A stretch of DNA of 64,000 nucleotides. Origin: Candidatus Multivoradales bacterium (GTDB lineage: Bacteria; Acidobacteriota; Thermoanaerobaculia; Multivoradales; JAHEKO01). The DNA lies in the NCBI GenBank assembly GCA_965223855.1, contig CBDCXM010000009.1:2688001-2752000 (forward strand), given 5' to 3'. This document shows, piece by piece, positions 36,487 to 46,979 of this stretch; position 1 is the first letter of the stretch, and each line of letters starts with the position of its first letter. The notes under the pieces are model-generated. The model was given only the letters and a program-made list of their open reading frames with translations. It ran no database searches and was not told the origin of the DNA. Position numbers and translations under genes: made by a program.

Positions 36487-38196
36487 CTACGGCACGGTCG
36501 ACGACCAGGCCGAGGTGTCCCCGGACTCGAAGCCGTCGTCGAAGATCTCGGGAGGCAGGTCGTCCTCGCAGTCGATGCTGAAGGCGCCGATGCGGGTCGA
36601 CCAGGAGACCACGGGGTTGTACTGGCCGGTCCACCAGAATGTGCAGCCGTCGACCGGGTCGACGGAAAGGTCGCTGTAGTCGCCATAGCGGAAGCTGTTG
36701 TTGGACCCGCCACCCGCGACCAGATTGTCCTCGCCGAGCGGCATCGTTCCGAGGGGGTCGGAGGCGAGTCGCCCCGACAGCTCGTGGCTGGGGAAGATGT
36801 CGCTCGAGGCGGCCGCCCGGGCCGCGTGCACGTAGGCTGCGGCGAGGTTGCCGCCTTCGTCCATCGAGGTACCGGCCATCCAGCGGTTCTCTCCCGGCAC
36901 CGCGATCGTCCCTTCCTGGTGAAGCGCCCAGGTGGAGCCGGTCTTGCGTAGCTCGAACCATCGAACCCCGGCGTCGTCGGCTCCGTTGCCGGTGCCGGTG
37001 TTCGTCACCATGTTGCCGACGAGGGTCTCGTGGGTGCCGAAGTTGCGGTACTGAAGGCGGTTCATCAGCACTTCGCGCAGCGAGTCGAGGTCGGAGCCTC
37101 CCGGCTGGTTCAGACAGCTGAACGTCGAAAAGCCGCACAGGTTCGAGCTGAACTCCGCGATCTCGATGACCTGAGGACCGGTGATCGACGTGTTCGTCGG
37201 GGTGTCGAAGTCGATGTCGAACTCCCACAGCTCGAGGTGGTCGATCGTCGGCAGTCCGGCCGGCCCGTGCGCTTCGGTGTCACGGTGCCTGGCGACGATG
37301 GCCGGGTCTCCGGCGGGCGCCGGCGTGCCGTCCGGGTCGGCCGGCGTCAACGCCTCGAAGCCGAAGCCGGGAAGGCCGCCGACCGTCATTCGCTGGATCG
37401 GGCGCGCGACGCCGCACGTGGCCATGTTGATCCGATCGAAGGCGTACACCGGGGGAGAGTTGCCTTCGTTGCTCGTCATCACGATCGCGTTCTCCCATAC
37501 CGCGTACTTCGGGTAGTCGGGAAAGCTGGGAGTGTTGAACTGGTACCCGCACCAGCCTCCAGTCACCGGATCGCCGGTCATCGAGTAGTAGACACAGACC
37601 GCGTTCGCCGCCCCGGAGAACTCGCTCAGAACCCAACGGTCGGCGAACTCGTCGTAAAGCACGATCGGATCGCCGAAGCCGGAGCCGCAGGCTCCGCTAC
37701 CGAGGCTGTCCGTGGTGATCGGCCCCGCTGCCACGGTGCCGTCCGTCTTGTCGTAGACGACGAACGTCGAGCCACCCCCGGCGTTGATCATCTGGATGTA
37801 GTAGTCGATCCCCACCGCGCCGTCCGGGTCGGGCGGCTGGATGCCGTTGAACGTCTGGCCGTCCTGGTTCAGGGCGATCTCGAAGTCGAGGCCCTCGCCG
37901 GCGGAGATCGGCGATCGATCCATCAGCGGGTCGCGGCGCGCGGGCTGCGGATCGACAGGGTCTTCGCTCTCCCCTCGCAGCTTCGGAATCTCGCGGATCG
38001 GATCACCGGGCTGCCAGACGGGAGCCGGCGGAAGGTCGCGCAGGTCGCCGAAGAAGACGGTCGGCGTGACCGAACCTCCGATCTCTTCGGCATCGAACCG
38101 TTTCTCGACTCCGCTCCTCGACTCGGACTCCGAATCGGCTCCAGCGAGGGTAGCGACGAGCACTGAAAGAAGGGCGAGGCTGAGGCGGAAGCTCAT
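36487..38196 (-). CDS. Secreted protein of unknown function (likely beta-rich) with terminal FDDGFESGDTSAW tail
   Basis: Signal peptide MSFRLSLALLSVLVATLAGA; PPDPDGAVG, GDPIVLYD, FPDYPK, RYGDYS motifs; several Cys. Confidence 0.85.
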   Translation of the reverse strand: MSFRLSLALLSVLVATLAGADSESESRSGVEKRFDAEEIGGSVTPTVFFGDLRDLPPAPVWQPGDPIREIPKLRGESEDPVDPQPARRDPLMDRSPISAGEGLDFEIALNQDGQTFNGIQPPDPDGAVGIDYYIQMINAGGGSTFVVYDKTDGTVAAGPITTDSLGSGACGSGFGDPIVLYDEFADRWVLSEFSGAANAVCVYYSMTGDPVTGGWCGYQFNTPSFPDYPKYAVWENAIVMTSNEGNSPPVYAFDRINMATCGVARPIQRMTVGGLPGFGFEALTPADPDGTPAPAGDPAIVARHRDTEAHGPAGLPTIDHLELWEFDIDFDTPTNTSITGPQVIEIAEFSSNLCGFSTFSCLNQPGGSDLDSLREVLMNRLQYRNFGTHETLVGNMVTNTGTGNGADDAGVRWFELRKTGSTWALHQEGTIAVPGENRWMAGTSMDEGGNLAAAYVHAARAAASSDIFPSHELSGRLASDPLGTMPLGEDNLVAGGGSNNSFRYGDYSDLSVDPVDGCTFWWTGQYNPVVSWSTRIGAFSIDCEDDLPPEIFDDGFESGDTSAWSSTVP

Positions 38197-38321
38197 CGGA
38201 GGATCTCCCTGCTGTGCGTCGAGTTCCGCACCTGCCGGAGCCTTGCGCGGATGGCGATCGGTGGTTGCGGGGGGTGGTGGCGGCTTGTGGCGGCCTGTGG
38301 CGGCCTGGAAGTCCCGGTTGC

Positions 38322-39158
38322 TCAAGGGGCGAGAAACGATTCCTGCAATCTCACCGCTCCGTTGACGCTGCGAACGACCAAGGATGCCTCACCGAGCCCG
38401 ATGGTTGCAATCGCCTGCTTCTCTCCAGTGGCAGGATGGCGGCTCAGCACGATGGAGAAGTCGGTGCTGAGCTCTCCTCGGGTCGAGACAAGGGCGCGTA
38501 CCGAGGCCCGCTGGGGCAGGACGACACGGATCGATCCGTTGACGGTCTCGATGCGATCTGCTGCTTGCGGGTCGATCGATCGGAACTCGGCATGGACCTC
38601 GCCGTGCTCGGTCGTGACCTGGAGCGGTCCTGACGTGGCGATCCTGACGTCGCCGCGCCCGGTGACGACCGCGACCGGGCCCGAGAATCCGTTGACCTCG
38701 ACCGCGCCGTCGGCCGTGGTGATCGACAGGGACAGATGGGCGGGGAGGAGCAGGCTCAGGTCGAGGCGCTCCGGTTTGTCGGGTGCGGCTGGCGCCGGGA
38801 CTTCGATCTCGAGCCGGCCGTCGTCGGCGCTCAGGCGGTAGGGGAGTTCCCCGTGATCCGGGTCGGTCCCCAGGGTCTGATGATTGGTGATCAGGAGGCT
38901 GGCAGCGGTACCGGTCGTGCCGGATACCGGCTTGACGAGAACCCCTCCGGCCCGGTTGACGATGACCACCTCGGTGACGCCGTCGAGGGGGATCGTCGCT
39001 TCACGCCGCTGGAGTCTCCAGCCGTCCTCCGGCTTCGTTCCGGCCTCTTCCGGTCGGAGTTCGCGGGTGGGTGCCAGAACGAGGATCAGGCCGAGCAGCC
39101 TCCAGTACGGCCGCGTCCGAAGCACGCGCGCGGACCGTTCGCGACGGGGTCGAATCAT
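38322..39158 (-). CDS. DUF4097-like beta-strand repeat protein
   Basis: Repeated T.xG.V strands (TADGAV, TGRGDV, TEHGEV, TVNGSI, SVNGAV); hydrophobic N-terminal segment; ATG overlaps pepE stop. Confidence 0.7.
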   Translation of the reverse strand: MIRPRRERSARVLRTRPYWRLLGLILVLAPTRELRPEEAGTKPEDGWRLQRREATIPLDGVTEVVIVNRAGGVLVKPVSGTTGTAASLLITNHQTLGTDPDHGELPYRLSADDGRLEIEVPAPAAPDKPERLDLSLLLPAHLSLSITTADGAVEVNGFSGPVAVVTGRGDVRIATSGPLQVTTEHGEVHAEFRSIDPQAADRIETVNGSIRVVLPQRASVRALVSTRGELSTDFSIVLSRHPATGEKQAIATIGLGEASLVVRSVNGAVRLQESFLAP

Positions 39159-39883
39159 CGAAGCTCGGGAGCCGTCGACGGCACGAGGAGCGCATCCAGG
39201 CGGGCACCGTGGCCGACCTCCTCGATCTCCGCTCCAGCGCGGAAGATCCTCCCACCCGCCTGCCCGACCAGCCTCATCTCGTCGCCGTCGACGACGAGCA
39301 TCGCTCCTTCCCGCAGCGCCACCACGACCCTGTCGTTGTCCTCGAGGTACTGCAGCAGCCGTTCGTCGCGCGTCTCCCCCATGTGGGTCGAATCCGGATC
39401 GGTATCGATGTAGTGAGGGTTGATCTGGAAGGGGACGAGACCCAGGGCATCGAAGCTCGGCGGCTCGACGATCGGCATGTCGTTGGTGGTGCACAGTGTC
39501 GGGCAGGCGACGTTGGATCCCGCGCTGGTGCCCATGTAGGGCGCCCCCGCGCCGACGCGCCGCCGGATCGCGGCGACAAGGCCGAGCTCGTGCAGCGCCT
39601 TGACGAGTCGGAAGGTGTTGCCGCCGCCGATGAAGATGCCGTCGGCTTCGGCGACCAGTGCGGCCGGTTCGTCGGCGGCATGCACCGACCGGAGGTCGAG
39701 ACTCCAGTCGGCGAACACCTCGGCTGCCCGCCCGGCGTAGCGGTCGTGGTCGGCGAGCGCGTAGGGGACGAAGGCGATCCGGCGGCAACCTTCGAAGTGC
39801 TCCCCGGCCTCCGCGGCGCAGTGCTCGAGGTAGCCGGTGCCGTGGGTGGTCGAAGTGCTGACGAGAAGCAGGCGACGGGTCAT
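39155..39883 (-). CDS. pepE: Dipeptidase E (peptidase S51)
   Basis: FVPYA, GGGNTFRL, GTSAG, TTNDMPI, INPHY, HMGETR. Confidence 0.95.
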   Translation of the reverse strand: MTRRLLLVSTSTTHGTGYLEHCAAEAGEHFEGCRRIAFVPYALADHDRYAGRAAEVFADWSLDLRSVHAADEPAALVAEADGIFIGGGNTFRLVKALHELGLVAAIRRRVGAGAPYMGTSAGSNVACPTLCTTNDMPIVEPPSFDALGLVPFQINPHYIDTDPDSTHMGETRDERLLQYLEDNDRVVVALREGAMLVVDGDEMRLVGQAGGRIFRAGAEIEEVGHGARLDALLVPSTAPELR

Positions 39884-39924
39884 CTCGGGCTCCACAGTTT
39901 CAGCGGCAGTCTCAGGTGCCGGCC

Positions 39925-40332
39925 TCAGGGGCCGACATGGACGGCGACCCGGCGGCGGTGAGGGCGGCGACGATGTTCCCACAGATAGATTCCCTGCCAG
40001 GTGCCGAGCGTGAGCCGGCCGTTCTCGATAGGGATGGAGAGCGTCGTGCTCGTGAGCGCAGCCTTGATGTGGGCCGGCATGTCGTCGGGCCCTTCTGCGG
40101 TGTGCGTGAACTTCGGATCGTTCTCCGGCACGAGCCGCTCGAGCCACGCCTCGAGGTCGTGGCGCGCGGACGGGTCGGCGTTCTCCTGGATGGTGAGGCT
40201 CGCCGAGGTATGACGCACCATCAGGGTGCACAACCCCTCGTCCCGTCTCGCGCCGGCCACCAGTTGCTGCACCTCGGAGGTGAACTCGTACAGCCCCTTG
40301 CCGCCGGTCTCGACGGTCAGCGTTCGAACCAA
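39925..40332 (-). CDS. yjbQ: YjbQ / UPF0047 family protein
   Basis: HTSASLTIQENADP, EGPDDMPAHIK, LGTWQGIYLWEHR. Confidence 0.92.
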   Translation of the reverse strand: MVRTLTVETGGKGLYEFTSEVQQLVAGARRDEGLCTLMVRHTSASLTIQENADPSARHDLEAWLERLVPENDPKFTHTAEGPDDMPAHIKAALTSTTLSIPIENGRLTLGTWQGIYLWEHRRRPHRRRVAVHVGP

Positions 40333-40339
40333 AGCGGAT

Positions 40340-40912
40340 TCAGGCGTAGCTGAGTGCGCGGGTGCGTCGTTCGTACCAGCCGGCGTCGTCGACGGGTTCG
40401 AAGATGCAGCAGCTCTCCAGATCGCGCTGGTAGACGTGGACCGTCACCGTGGTGTCGCTCGACGAGACATTCTCGAGCGTGTGGTACTCGTACGGCGGGA
40501 TCAGGGCGCCCGAGTCCCCGGGCCTTGCGTTGAAGCGCTCCTGGCGCTCGAAGCGGAAACGTTCCCCGTCACGGTCCTGGAGGTCGTACTGGGTCACGCG
40601 CAGGACGCCGCTCCAGACGCCCTCGACGCACCAGACACCGGCGTGATCGTGCACCGGCGTTCCCTGTCCCGCTCCCCAGGCCATGGCGACGACCACATAG
40701 CCGTGCTCGTCGCTACGGTAGAGGAGGTGACGGCCATAGGCGCTGTCGCCGGGCACCTGTGCCTCGGCCGGCAACTCGAGTGCTCGCTCGTTGATCAGCG
40801 CCTTGAGGCCGTTCTTGATCGAGCGAGTCGTACGGGCGACGTTCGCGGCGGTAACCGCGTCATCGAGCATCGGAATCAGACGGTCGGCACCGCCGAACGG
40901 AATCGCGAGCAT
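40340..40912 (-). CDS. Cysteine dioxygenase-like cupin
   Basis: YGRHLL, W..GQGTPVHDH, YEYH, TVHVY. Confidence 0.85.
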   Translation of the reverse strand: MLAIPFGGADRLIPMLDDAVTAANVARTTRSIKNGLKALINERALELPAEAQVPGDSAYGRHLLYRSDEHGYVVVAMAWGAGQGTPVHDHAGVWCVEGVWSGVLRVTQYDLQDRDGERFRFERQERFNARPGDSGALIPPYEYHTLENVSSSDTTVTVHVYQRDLESCCIFEPVDDAGWYERRTRALSYA

Positions 40913-41051
40913 GAAGGTCCTCCAGAACCCGTAGTCTAGCCGGACGGTGCTGCTTGGCCAGTCCCGGAATGCCAGCGCCGAAATGCCAGTCCCGGAATGC
41001 CGGTGCCGGCCTGTCCCGAGCGCTCCCTCGAGCCGCCCGGGACGAACCGGG

Positions 41052-43661
41052 TCAACCGACGTCCACTGCGTGAGGCTCGACCCCGAGCGCGAGCTCGCCG
41101 TTCTCGACGCCGACGGTGACGGTGTCACCGTCTTCGATCTCGCCGGCGATCAGGGCCCGACCCATGCGGGTTTCGAGTTCGCGCTGCAGATAGCGCTTGA
41201 GTGGCCGCGCCCCGTAGACGGGATCGAAACCGCTGCGGGCGATGAGCTCTCGGGCAGGCTCGGTCAGCTCGAGCTTGATGCCGCGGGCGGCGAGCCGGTC
41301 GCGAAGGTCGGTCACCATGAGCTCGACGATCTGTTCGATCTCTTCGAGCGTCAGCGGCTTGAAGAGCACGGTCTCGTCGATGCGGTTCAAGAACTCCGGT
41401 CGGAACTGGCGCCGCAGCTCCTCGAAGACCGCGTCACGCGCGTTCTCCGAGATCTCGCCGTCGGTGCCGACACCGTCGAGCAGGTACTGCGACCCGAGAT
41501 TCGAGGTCAGGATGAGCACCGTGTTCTTGAAGTCGACCGTGCGTCCCTGAGAGTCGGTCACTCGGCCGTCGTCGAGGATCTGCAGCAGCACGTTGAAGGC
41601 GTCGGGATGGGCCTTCTCGACCTCGTCGAAGAGGACCACCGAGTAAGGCTTGCGACGCACGGCTTCGGTGAGCTGGCCGCCGTCTTCGTAGCCGACGTAG
41701 CCGGGAGGCGCGCCGATCAGTCGCGCCACCGCGTGGCGCTCCATGTACTCGCTCATGTCGATGCGGACGATGTTGTCCTCGGAGTCGAAGAGGGAGGCCG
41801 CGAGCGTGCGGGCGAGCTCCGTCTTGCCGACCCCGGTCGGGCCGAGGAACAGGAACGACCCGATCGGCCGTCGCGGATCCTTGATACCGCTGCGGGCGCG
41901 GAGCACCGCATCGGCGACCAGGCCGACCGCTTCGTCCTGCCCGATGACCCGGCGGTGGAGGATCTCGTCGAGACGCAGCAGCTTGTCGCGCTCGTCCTCG
42001 ACCAACCGCTGCACCGGGATGCCGGTCCAGCGCGAGACGATCTCGCCGACCTCGTCCGCCGTCACCTCTTCGCGCAGCAGCCGCTCGCCCTCCTCGATGG
42101 CCTTCTCGCGCTCGGCGAGTTCCGCCTCGAGTTCGGGAAGGCGGCCGTGTCGCAGCTCGGCAGCGCGGTTGAGGTCGTAGTCCCGCTCCGCCACCTCGAC
42201 CTCCTGGCGGAGGCCCTCGATCTCGCTGCGCAGTTCCCGCACATGCTCGATCGCCTCCTTCTCGGCGTCCCACTGGGCGCGCATCGCGTCGGCGGCCGCC
42301 TTGAGGTCTCCGAGCTCGCGTCGCAGGTCGGCGAGACGTTCCTTCGACGCTCGTCCCTTCTCCTGCTTGAGCGCCGCCTCTTCGATCTCGAGGCGCATCA
42401 CCTTGCGGGTCGCCTCGTCGAGATCGGCGGGCATGGAGTCGATCTCCGTTCGCACCATCGCGCAACCCTCGTCGATCAGGTCGATCGCCTTGTCCGGAAG
42501 GAAGCGGTCGCTGATGTAGCGGTCCGAGAGCTCGGCCGCCGCGACCAGCGCATCGTCGGCGATCTTGACGCCGTGATGGACCTCGAAGCGCTCCCGCAGA
42601 CCGCGCAGGATCGAGATCGTGTCCTCGACGGTCGACGGATCGACCTGGACCGGCTGGAACCTCCGCTCGAGGGCGGCGTCCTTCTCGATGTAGCGCCGGT
42701 ACTCGTCGAGCGTCGTGGCGCCGATGCAGTGGAGCTCGCCGCGCGCCAGCATCGGCTTGAGCAGGTTGCCGGCGTCGGTCGAGCCCTCGGTGCGACCGGC
42801 GCCGACGATGTTGTGGAGCTCGTCGACGAAGAGCAGGATCCGCCCTTCGCTCTCCTTGATCTCACCGAGCACCGCCTTGAGCCGCTCCTCGAACTCGCCG
42901 CGGTACTTGGCGCCGGCAAGGAGCGCTCCGAGATCGAGCGAGTAGACCGATCGATCCCGCAGCCACTCCGGCACGTCGCCGCGCACGATGCGCTGCGCCA
43001 GCCCCTCGGCGATGGCGGTCTTGCCGACCCCCGGCTCGCCGATGAGGACCGGGTTGTTCTTGGTCTTGCGCGAGAGGATGCGGATCACCCGCCTGATCTC
43101 GGCGTCGCGGCCGATGATCGGGTCGAGCTTGCCCGCCCGCGCCTGGGCGACCAGATCGACACCGTACTTGTCGAGCGCCTCGTAGGCGCCTTCCGGTGTG
43201 GCGCTGACGACCCGCTGGCCGCCGCGCACCTCCTGCAGGGCGCCGAGGAGCGTCGGCTTGTCGACGCCCTCAGCCGCGAGGAGCTTCGCCGCCCCGCCTT
43301 CGTCGGCCATCGACAGGAGCAGATGCTCGATCGAGACGTACTCGTCCTTCAGGCGGCCAGCCTCTTTGGACGCCTGCGACAGGACCTTCTGCAGCCGCGG
43401 CGAGATGTAGATCTTCCCGGCTTCGACACCCGATCCGGAGACGCTGGGTCGCCGGGCGAGTTCCTCCTCGACTGCGGCGGTGAGGGAGGCAACCTCCGCT
43501 CCCGCGCGTTCGAGCAAGCGGGGAGCCAGGCCGCCCTCCTGAGTGAGAAGAGAGTGGAGCAGGTGCTCGACGTCGACTTCCTGCGTGCCGCGATCGAGCG
43601 CGGACTGCTGCGCGGCGGCGAGCGCCTCCTGGGACTTGTTGGTGAGTTTGTTGAGGTCCAT
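41052..43661 (-). CDS. clpB: ATP-dependent disaggregase ClpB
   Basis: Two AAA modules ([16 protein letters not shown]), middle coiled coil, [16 protein letters not shown]. Confidence 0.98.
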   Translation of the reverse strand: MDLNKLTNKSQEALAAAQQSALDRGTQEVDVEHLLHSLLTQEGGLAPRLLERAGAEVASLTAAVEEELARRPSVSGSGVEAGKIYISPRLQKVLSQASKEAGRLKDEYVSIEHLLLSMADEGGAAKLLAAEGVDKPTLLGALQEVRGGQRVVSATPEGAYEALDKYGVDLVAQARAGKLDPIIGRDAEIRRVIRILSRKTKNNPVLIGEPGVGKTAIAEGLAQRIVRGDVPEWLRDRSVYSLDLGALLAGAKYRGEFEERLKAVLGEIKESEGRILLFVDELHNIVGAGRTEGSTDAGNLLKPMLARGELHCIGATTLDEYRRYIEKDAALERRFQPVQVDPSTVEDTISILRGLRERFEVHHGVKIADDALVAAAELSDRYISDRFLPDKAIDLIDEGCAMVRTEIDSMPADLDEATRKVMRLEIEEAALKQEKGRASKERLADLRRELGDLKAAADAMRAQWDAEKEAIEHVRELRSEIEGLRQEVEVAERDYDLNRAAELRHGRLPELEAELAEREKAIEEGERLLREEVTADEVGEIVSRWTGIPVQRLVEDERDKLLRLDEILHRRVIGQDEAVGLVADAVLRARSGIKDPRRPIGSFLFLGPTGVGKTELARTLAASLFDSEDNIVRIDMSEYMERHAVARLIGAPPGYVGYEDGGQLTEAVRRKPYSVVLFDEVEKAHPDAFNVLLQILDDGRVTDSQGRTVDFKNTVLILTSNLGSQYLLDGVGTDGEISENARDAVFEELRRQFRPEFLNRIDETVLFKPLTLEEIEQIVELMVTDLRDRLAARGIKLELTEPARELIARSGFDPVYGARPLKRYLQRELETRMGRALIAGEIEDGDTVTVGVENGELALGVEPHAVDVG

Positions 43662-43674
43662 CGTGGCCCTCCTT

Positions 43675-44634
43675 CTATGTCGATCCCTCCGAGCGTGGTG
43701 CGAAGTCGGACAGCTCGGAGAGTTGTTGGTAGAGCGCGCGCTCCTCGTCGCTGATGTCGCTCGGGAGCACGACACGGATCTCGGCGATCAGATCCCCGGC
43801 GGTCTCGGGCCCGGTCGGGAACCCCTTGCCGCGCAGACGGATCTTGCGCCCGGTGGAAGAGCCCGGCGGGATCCGGACCTTGACCGGTCCCTCGAGCGTC
43901 TCGACCTCTGCTTCGGTGCCGAGTGCCGCCTCCCATGGTGCGACCCTGAGCTCGGTCGTGAGCCTGTCGCCGTCGAGAGAGAGGCGTGGGTGGGGCAGAA
44001 CGTCGATTTTGAGGTAGAGATCGCCGCGTGCCCCCTGAGCGTTGCCTCCCCCCTGGCCGGCGAGTCGGATCCGCTGCCCGGTACGCACGCCGCGGGGCAG
44101 GCGGACCCGCAGCTTCTTTGCGCGGCCGGTCGTGGGGTCGTTGATCGAAAGCTCCCGCGAGCCGCCCCGGGCAGCCTGATCGAGTGAGAGCGAGATGGCC
44201 GCCTCGTGGTCCGCCGCCGGTGCGGCCTGCGAGGCTCCGCTCCATTGCCACCCGGCGCCGCCGGCGTCGCCGCCGAAGAGCATCTCGAAGAAGGAGCTGA
44301 AGCCGCCCCCACCTGAGCCGCCGAAGCCGCCGGCCGAGCGTGCCCCTCCTGCGCCGCCGAAGGACGAGAAGATGTCCTCGAAGCCCGGAGGTGGGGCGCC
44401 GGTCGACTGCGCCTGCTTCCAGGCCGAGCCGAACTGGTCGTACTTGGCCCTCTTCTTCTTGTCCTTCAGGACTTCGTACGCCTCGGTGATCTCCTTGAAG
44501 CGCGCGTCCGCCTCGGGCGTCTTGTTGACGTCCGGGTGGTACTTGCGAGCGAGCTTTCGGTAGGCCTTCTGGATCTCACTGCGATCCGCCTTCCGATCGA
44601 CCCCGAGAGTCTTGTAGTAGTCCTGATAGTCCAA
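43675..44634 (-). CDS. cbpA: CbpA-like class II J-domain co-chaperone
   Basis: J domain with HPD, G/F-rich region, no zinc-finger, C-terminal PWEAALG; TTG start. Confidence 0.85.
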   Translation of the reverse strand: MDYQDYYKTLGVDRKADRSEIQKAYRKLARKYHPDVNKTPEADARFKEITEAYEVLKDKKKRAKYDQFGSAWKQAQSTGAPPPGFEDIFSSFGGAGGARSAGGFGGSGGGGFSSFFEMLFGGDAGGAGWQWSGASQAAPAADHEAAISLSLDQAARGGSRELSINDPTTGRAKKLRVRLPRGVRTGQRIRLAGQGGGNAQGARGDLYLKIDVLPHPRLSLDGDRLTTELRVAPWEAALGTEAEVETLEGPVKVRIPPGSSTGRKIRLRGKGFPTGPETAGDLIAEIRVVLPSDISDEERALYQQLSELSDFAPRSEGST

Positions 44635-44694
44635 GGGTGGGAGCCCTCCTCACGTGCCCTGAACGGCCGGGTGGCCGCCCATCTTCATCGTGTG

Positions 44695-44750
44695 AAATCT
44701 TAGCAGATAAGACTTAGATGTCAAGATCTGCCATTTCAACACTAAGATTT
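44695..44750 (-). promoter_or_regulatory. Sigma70-type promoter for cbpA-clpB inside inverted repeats
   Basis: Minus strand TTGACA (44724-19), 16 bp, TG-n-TAAGAT (44702-697); flanked by AAATCTTAG/CTAAGATTT. Confidence 0.7.
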
Positions 44751-44844
44751 CTCCGGGCCTCCTGGTAAGGAGGTCTCGAGGGCCGTTGTGGTCTACCGAT
44801 TTCGGCCTGGGAAGTCCGCCCTCAGGATCCGACGGGGAGGCGGC

Positions 44845-45096
44845 TCAGGGGGCGTCGAGGCCGAACGCTTCGTAGTTGCGGGCGATCCACTCGTGCCAGC
44901 GTCGAGGAACGGCATTCTCGGCATAGATCGCCTGCACCGGGCAGACTCTGACGCAGAGCTCGCAATCGATGCAGACGGACGGATCGATCAGCAGCGTCTC
45001 CCAGTCGTCGTGCTCGTGAATGCAGTCGACCGGACAGACCTCCGTGCAGGAGCGGTCCTTCATGTCCATGCAAGGCTCGGTGATGATGAACGTCAT
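44845..45096 (-). CDS. Ferredoxin (FdxA-like dicluster)
   Basis: MTFIITEPC...CTEVCPVDC and CIDCELCVRVCP. Confidence 0.92.
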   Translation of the reverse strand: MTFIITEPCMDMKDRSCTEVCPVDCIHEHDDWETLLIDPSVCIDCELCVRVCPVQAIYAENAVPRRWHEWIARNYEAFGLDAP

Positions 45097-46202
45097 GCCG
45101 AGGGCTCGGCGAAGCGATCGGCACAGAAGGCGGGGTCCGGTCTCCAGGTGCGGTCGATCCACCAGTGCCGGCAGCATTCAGCCGTCCACGGTGCCAGGAG
45201 GACTCCGTCGCGGTGATGGCCGGTGGCGAGGAAGAGGCGGCTGTCGCGCCACGGCCCGACGAGTGGGAAGCCGTCTGCGGTCGCCGGGCGCAGACCGGAC
45301 CACGTTCGAGCCGGATCGCGGTCGGCGAAGCGCGGGAAGGCGGCGCCGAAGGCCCCGGTCAGGATTCCGATCCCTTCGGCGGTCGTTCGATCGTCGAAGC
45401 CGGCCTCCTCGACCGTGGCGCCGAAGAGGACGCCCGCGTCGCCCCTTCGGACCGCGTAGTGGTTGCCGATCCGCAGCATTCCCCTCCACGGCCACGAGGC
45501 GTCCGTGTGTCGAAGCATCTGGCCCCGAACCGGGCGCACCTCCACCGGCCTCACTCCGTCGATGGTGCCGCTCCAGGCGCCGACGGCCATCACAGCGGCC
45601 GCCGAGCGGAAGGTGCCGTCGCTGGTCGCTACCTTCACTTCGTCGTCGCCGGTGGTGATCTCCAGGGCGGTGACGCCGCTTCTCCTCTCGACCCCGGCCA
45701 GGTCGCAGGCCTTCTCGAGCGCGGCGACCGCCTGCACGTTGTCGACTCTCGATTCGCCGGGAAGGTGAACGGCGCGCCGGATGTCCGTGCGCAGGTCGGG
45801 TACCTGCCGGAGGACCTCGGCCGGATCGACCTCCTTCGAGGGCTCGCCGAGTCTCTTCGCCATGGCGAGGACACCTTCGAGAGTCTCCTCCTGAGAGTCG
45901 TCTGCCGCCACGACGAAGGCGCCGCTGTCGTCCACCTCGATAGGCTCACCCGATTCGGCGAGGATCGCAGCGCGCCACTCGGGCCACAGCGAGCGGGAGC
46001 GGAAGCATGCCTCGGCGAGTGGACCGGGTTCGAGAGAGTGGGAGAGCGGGGCGAGCAGTCCGGCGGCCGCCAGCGAGGCCCGGCGGCGTGCCGGGCCGGC
46101 GTCGACGACGAGGACCCGTGCTCCCTGGGAGCGGAGCTCCCGAGCGCAGGAGAGGCCGATCAGGCCGGCGCCGAGCACCAGCGCGTCGGGTGGCGACGTC
46201 AT
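45093..46202 (-). CDS. thiO: Glycine oxidase ThiO / FAD-dependent D-amino-acid oxidase family
   Basis: GAGLIG, ASLAAAGLLAP, PVRGQM, GATVE, GLRP, GHHRDGVLLAP. Confidence 0.8.
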   Translation of the reverse strand: MTSPPDALVLGAGLIGLSCARELRSQGARVLVVDAGPARRRASLAAAGLLAPLSHSLEPGPLAEACFRSRSLWPEWRAAILAESGEPIEVDDSGAFVVAADDSQEETLEGVLAMAKRLGEPSKEVDPAEVLRQVPDLRTDIRRAVHLPGESRVDNVQAVAALEKACDLAGVERRSGVTALEITTGDDEVKVATSDGTFRSAAAVMAVGAWSGTIDGVRPVEVRPVRGQMLRHTDASWPWRGMLRIGNHYAVRRGDAGVLFGATVEEAGFDDRTTAEGIGILTGAFGAAFPRFADRDPARTWSGLRPATADGFPLVGPWRDSRLFLATGHHRDGVLLAPWTAECCRHWWIDRTWRPDPAFCADRFAEPSA

Positions 46203-46243
46203 CGGCGCGTTCTACCACAGGGCTGAGGAGCGAGCATGTTGAT

Positions 46244-46315
46244 GCCGCGCTGCGGAAACTCTGGACATTTTTGCCGCAGTGCGGTATAAATTGGGTGTCG
46301 TCGCCGCGCAGCGGC
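46244..46315 (+). promoter_or_regulatory. Promoter of phaR-like gene with three GCCGC-N3-GCGG boxes
   Basis: TGGACA (46262-67), 17 bp, TATAAA (46285-90); boxes start at 46244, 46273 and 46303. Confidence 0.7.
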
Positions 46316-46353
46316 ATTTCGAGACGACACGAACCGTGCCCGGAGGAGTTTCC

Positions 46354-46863
46354 ATGGCAAGAGTCATCAAGCGCTACGAGAGCCGCAAGCTCTACGACAC
46401 CCAGGACAGTCGCTATGTCTCGCTCGACGAGATCGCCGACTGGGTGCGCGAGGGGCAGGAGGTCCAGGTCGTCGACAACGCGAGCGACGAGGACGTCACG
46501 ACCCAGACGCTCACCCAGGTGATCCTCGAAGAGGGGCGAAACGGCAAGACCCGCTTGCCCTCCGAACTCCTGCACGAGCTCGTGAGGTTCGGTTCGCAGG
46601 CCTTCTCGTCCGGAGTCGGTCATGTACAGCAGGGAGTCGATCGCCTGGTCCGCTCCTCGATGGAGCGGCTGGCTCCGGTGCGCGAGGCACGCGAGGAGAT
46701 GTCGACTCTGAGAGAGCGTCTCGAAGAGTTGGAGACGTCGCTCCAGAAGCTCGAGTCGGGAGGGGAGGCGGCGCCGAAGTCGGCACGCAAGCGTGCGGCA
46801 AAGAAGGGTACCGGCGCGAAGAAGACCGCTCGCAAGACGACCGGAGGCCGCAAGAAGGCCTGA
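46354..46863 (+). CDS. PhaR-like PHA/lipid-granule regulator
   Basis: IKRYESRKLYDT..SRYVSL..I, DVT..TL.Q.I.E; coiled coil and basic K/A/R tail; GGAGGAG RBS. Confidence 0.88.
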   Translation: MARVIKRYESRKLYDTQDSRYVSLDEIADWVREGQEVQVVDNASDEDVTTQTLTQVILEEGRNGKTRLPSELLHELVRFGSQAFSSGVGHVQQGVDRLVRSSMERLAPVREAREEMSTLRERLEELETSLQKLESGGEAAPKSARKRAAKKGTGAKKTARKTTGGRKKA

Positions 46864-46979
46864 GCCCTCATTTCAATGACCCCGCGCGGGTTCGACGTGA
46901 GCCCGCCGCTTCGAATCGCAAGCTGATTCACCCACCGTTCACGACCACGATGCGTGGTTCCATTCCAGGAGAGAAAAAC

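Noticed and set aside
40947-43754. 935-aa plus-strand ORF
   Set aside because: Antisense shadow of clpB, typical of high-GC coding DNA; no motifs.
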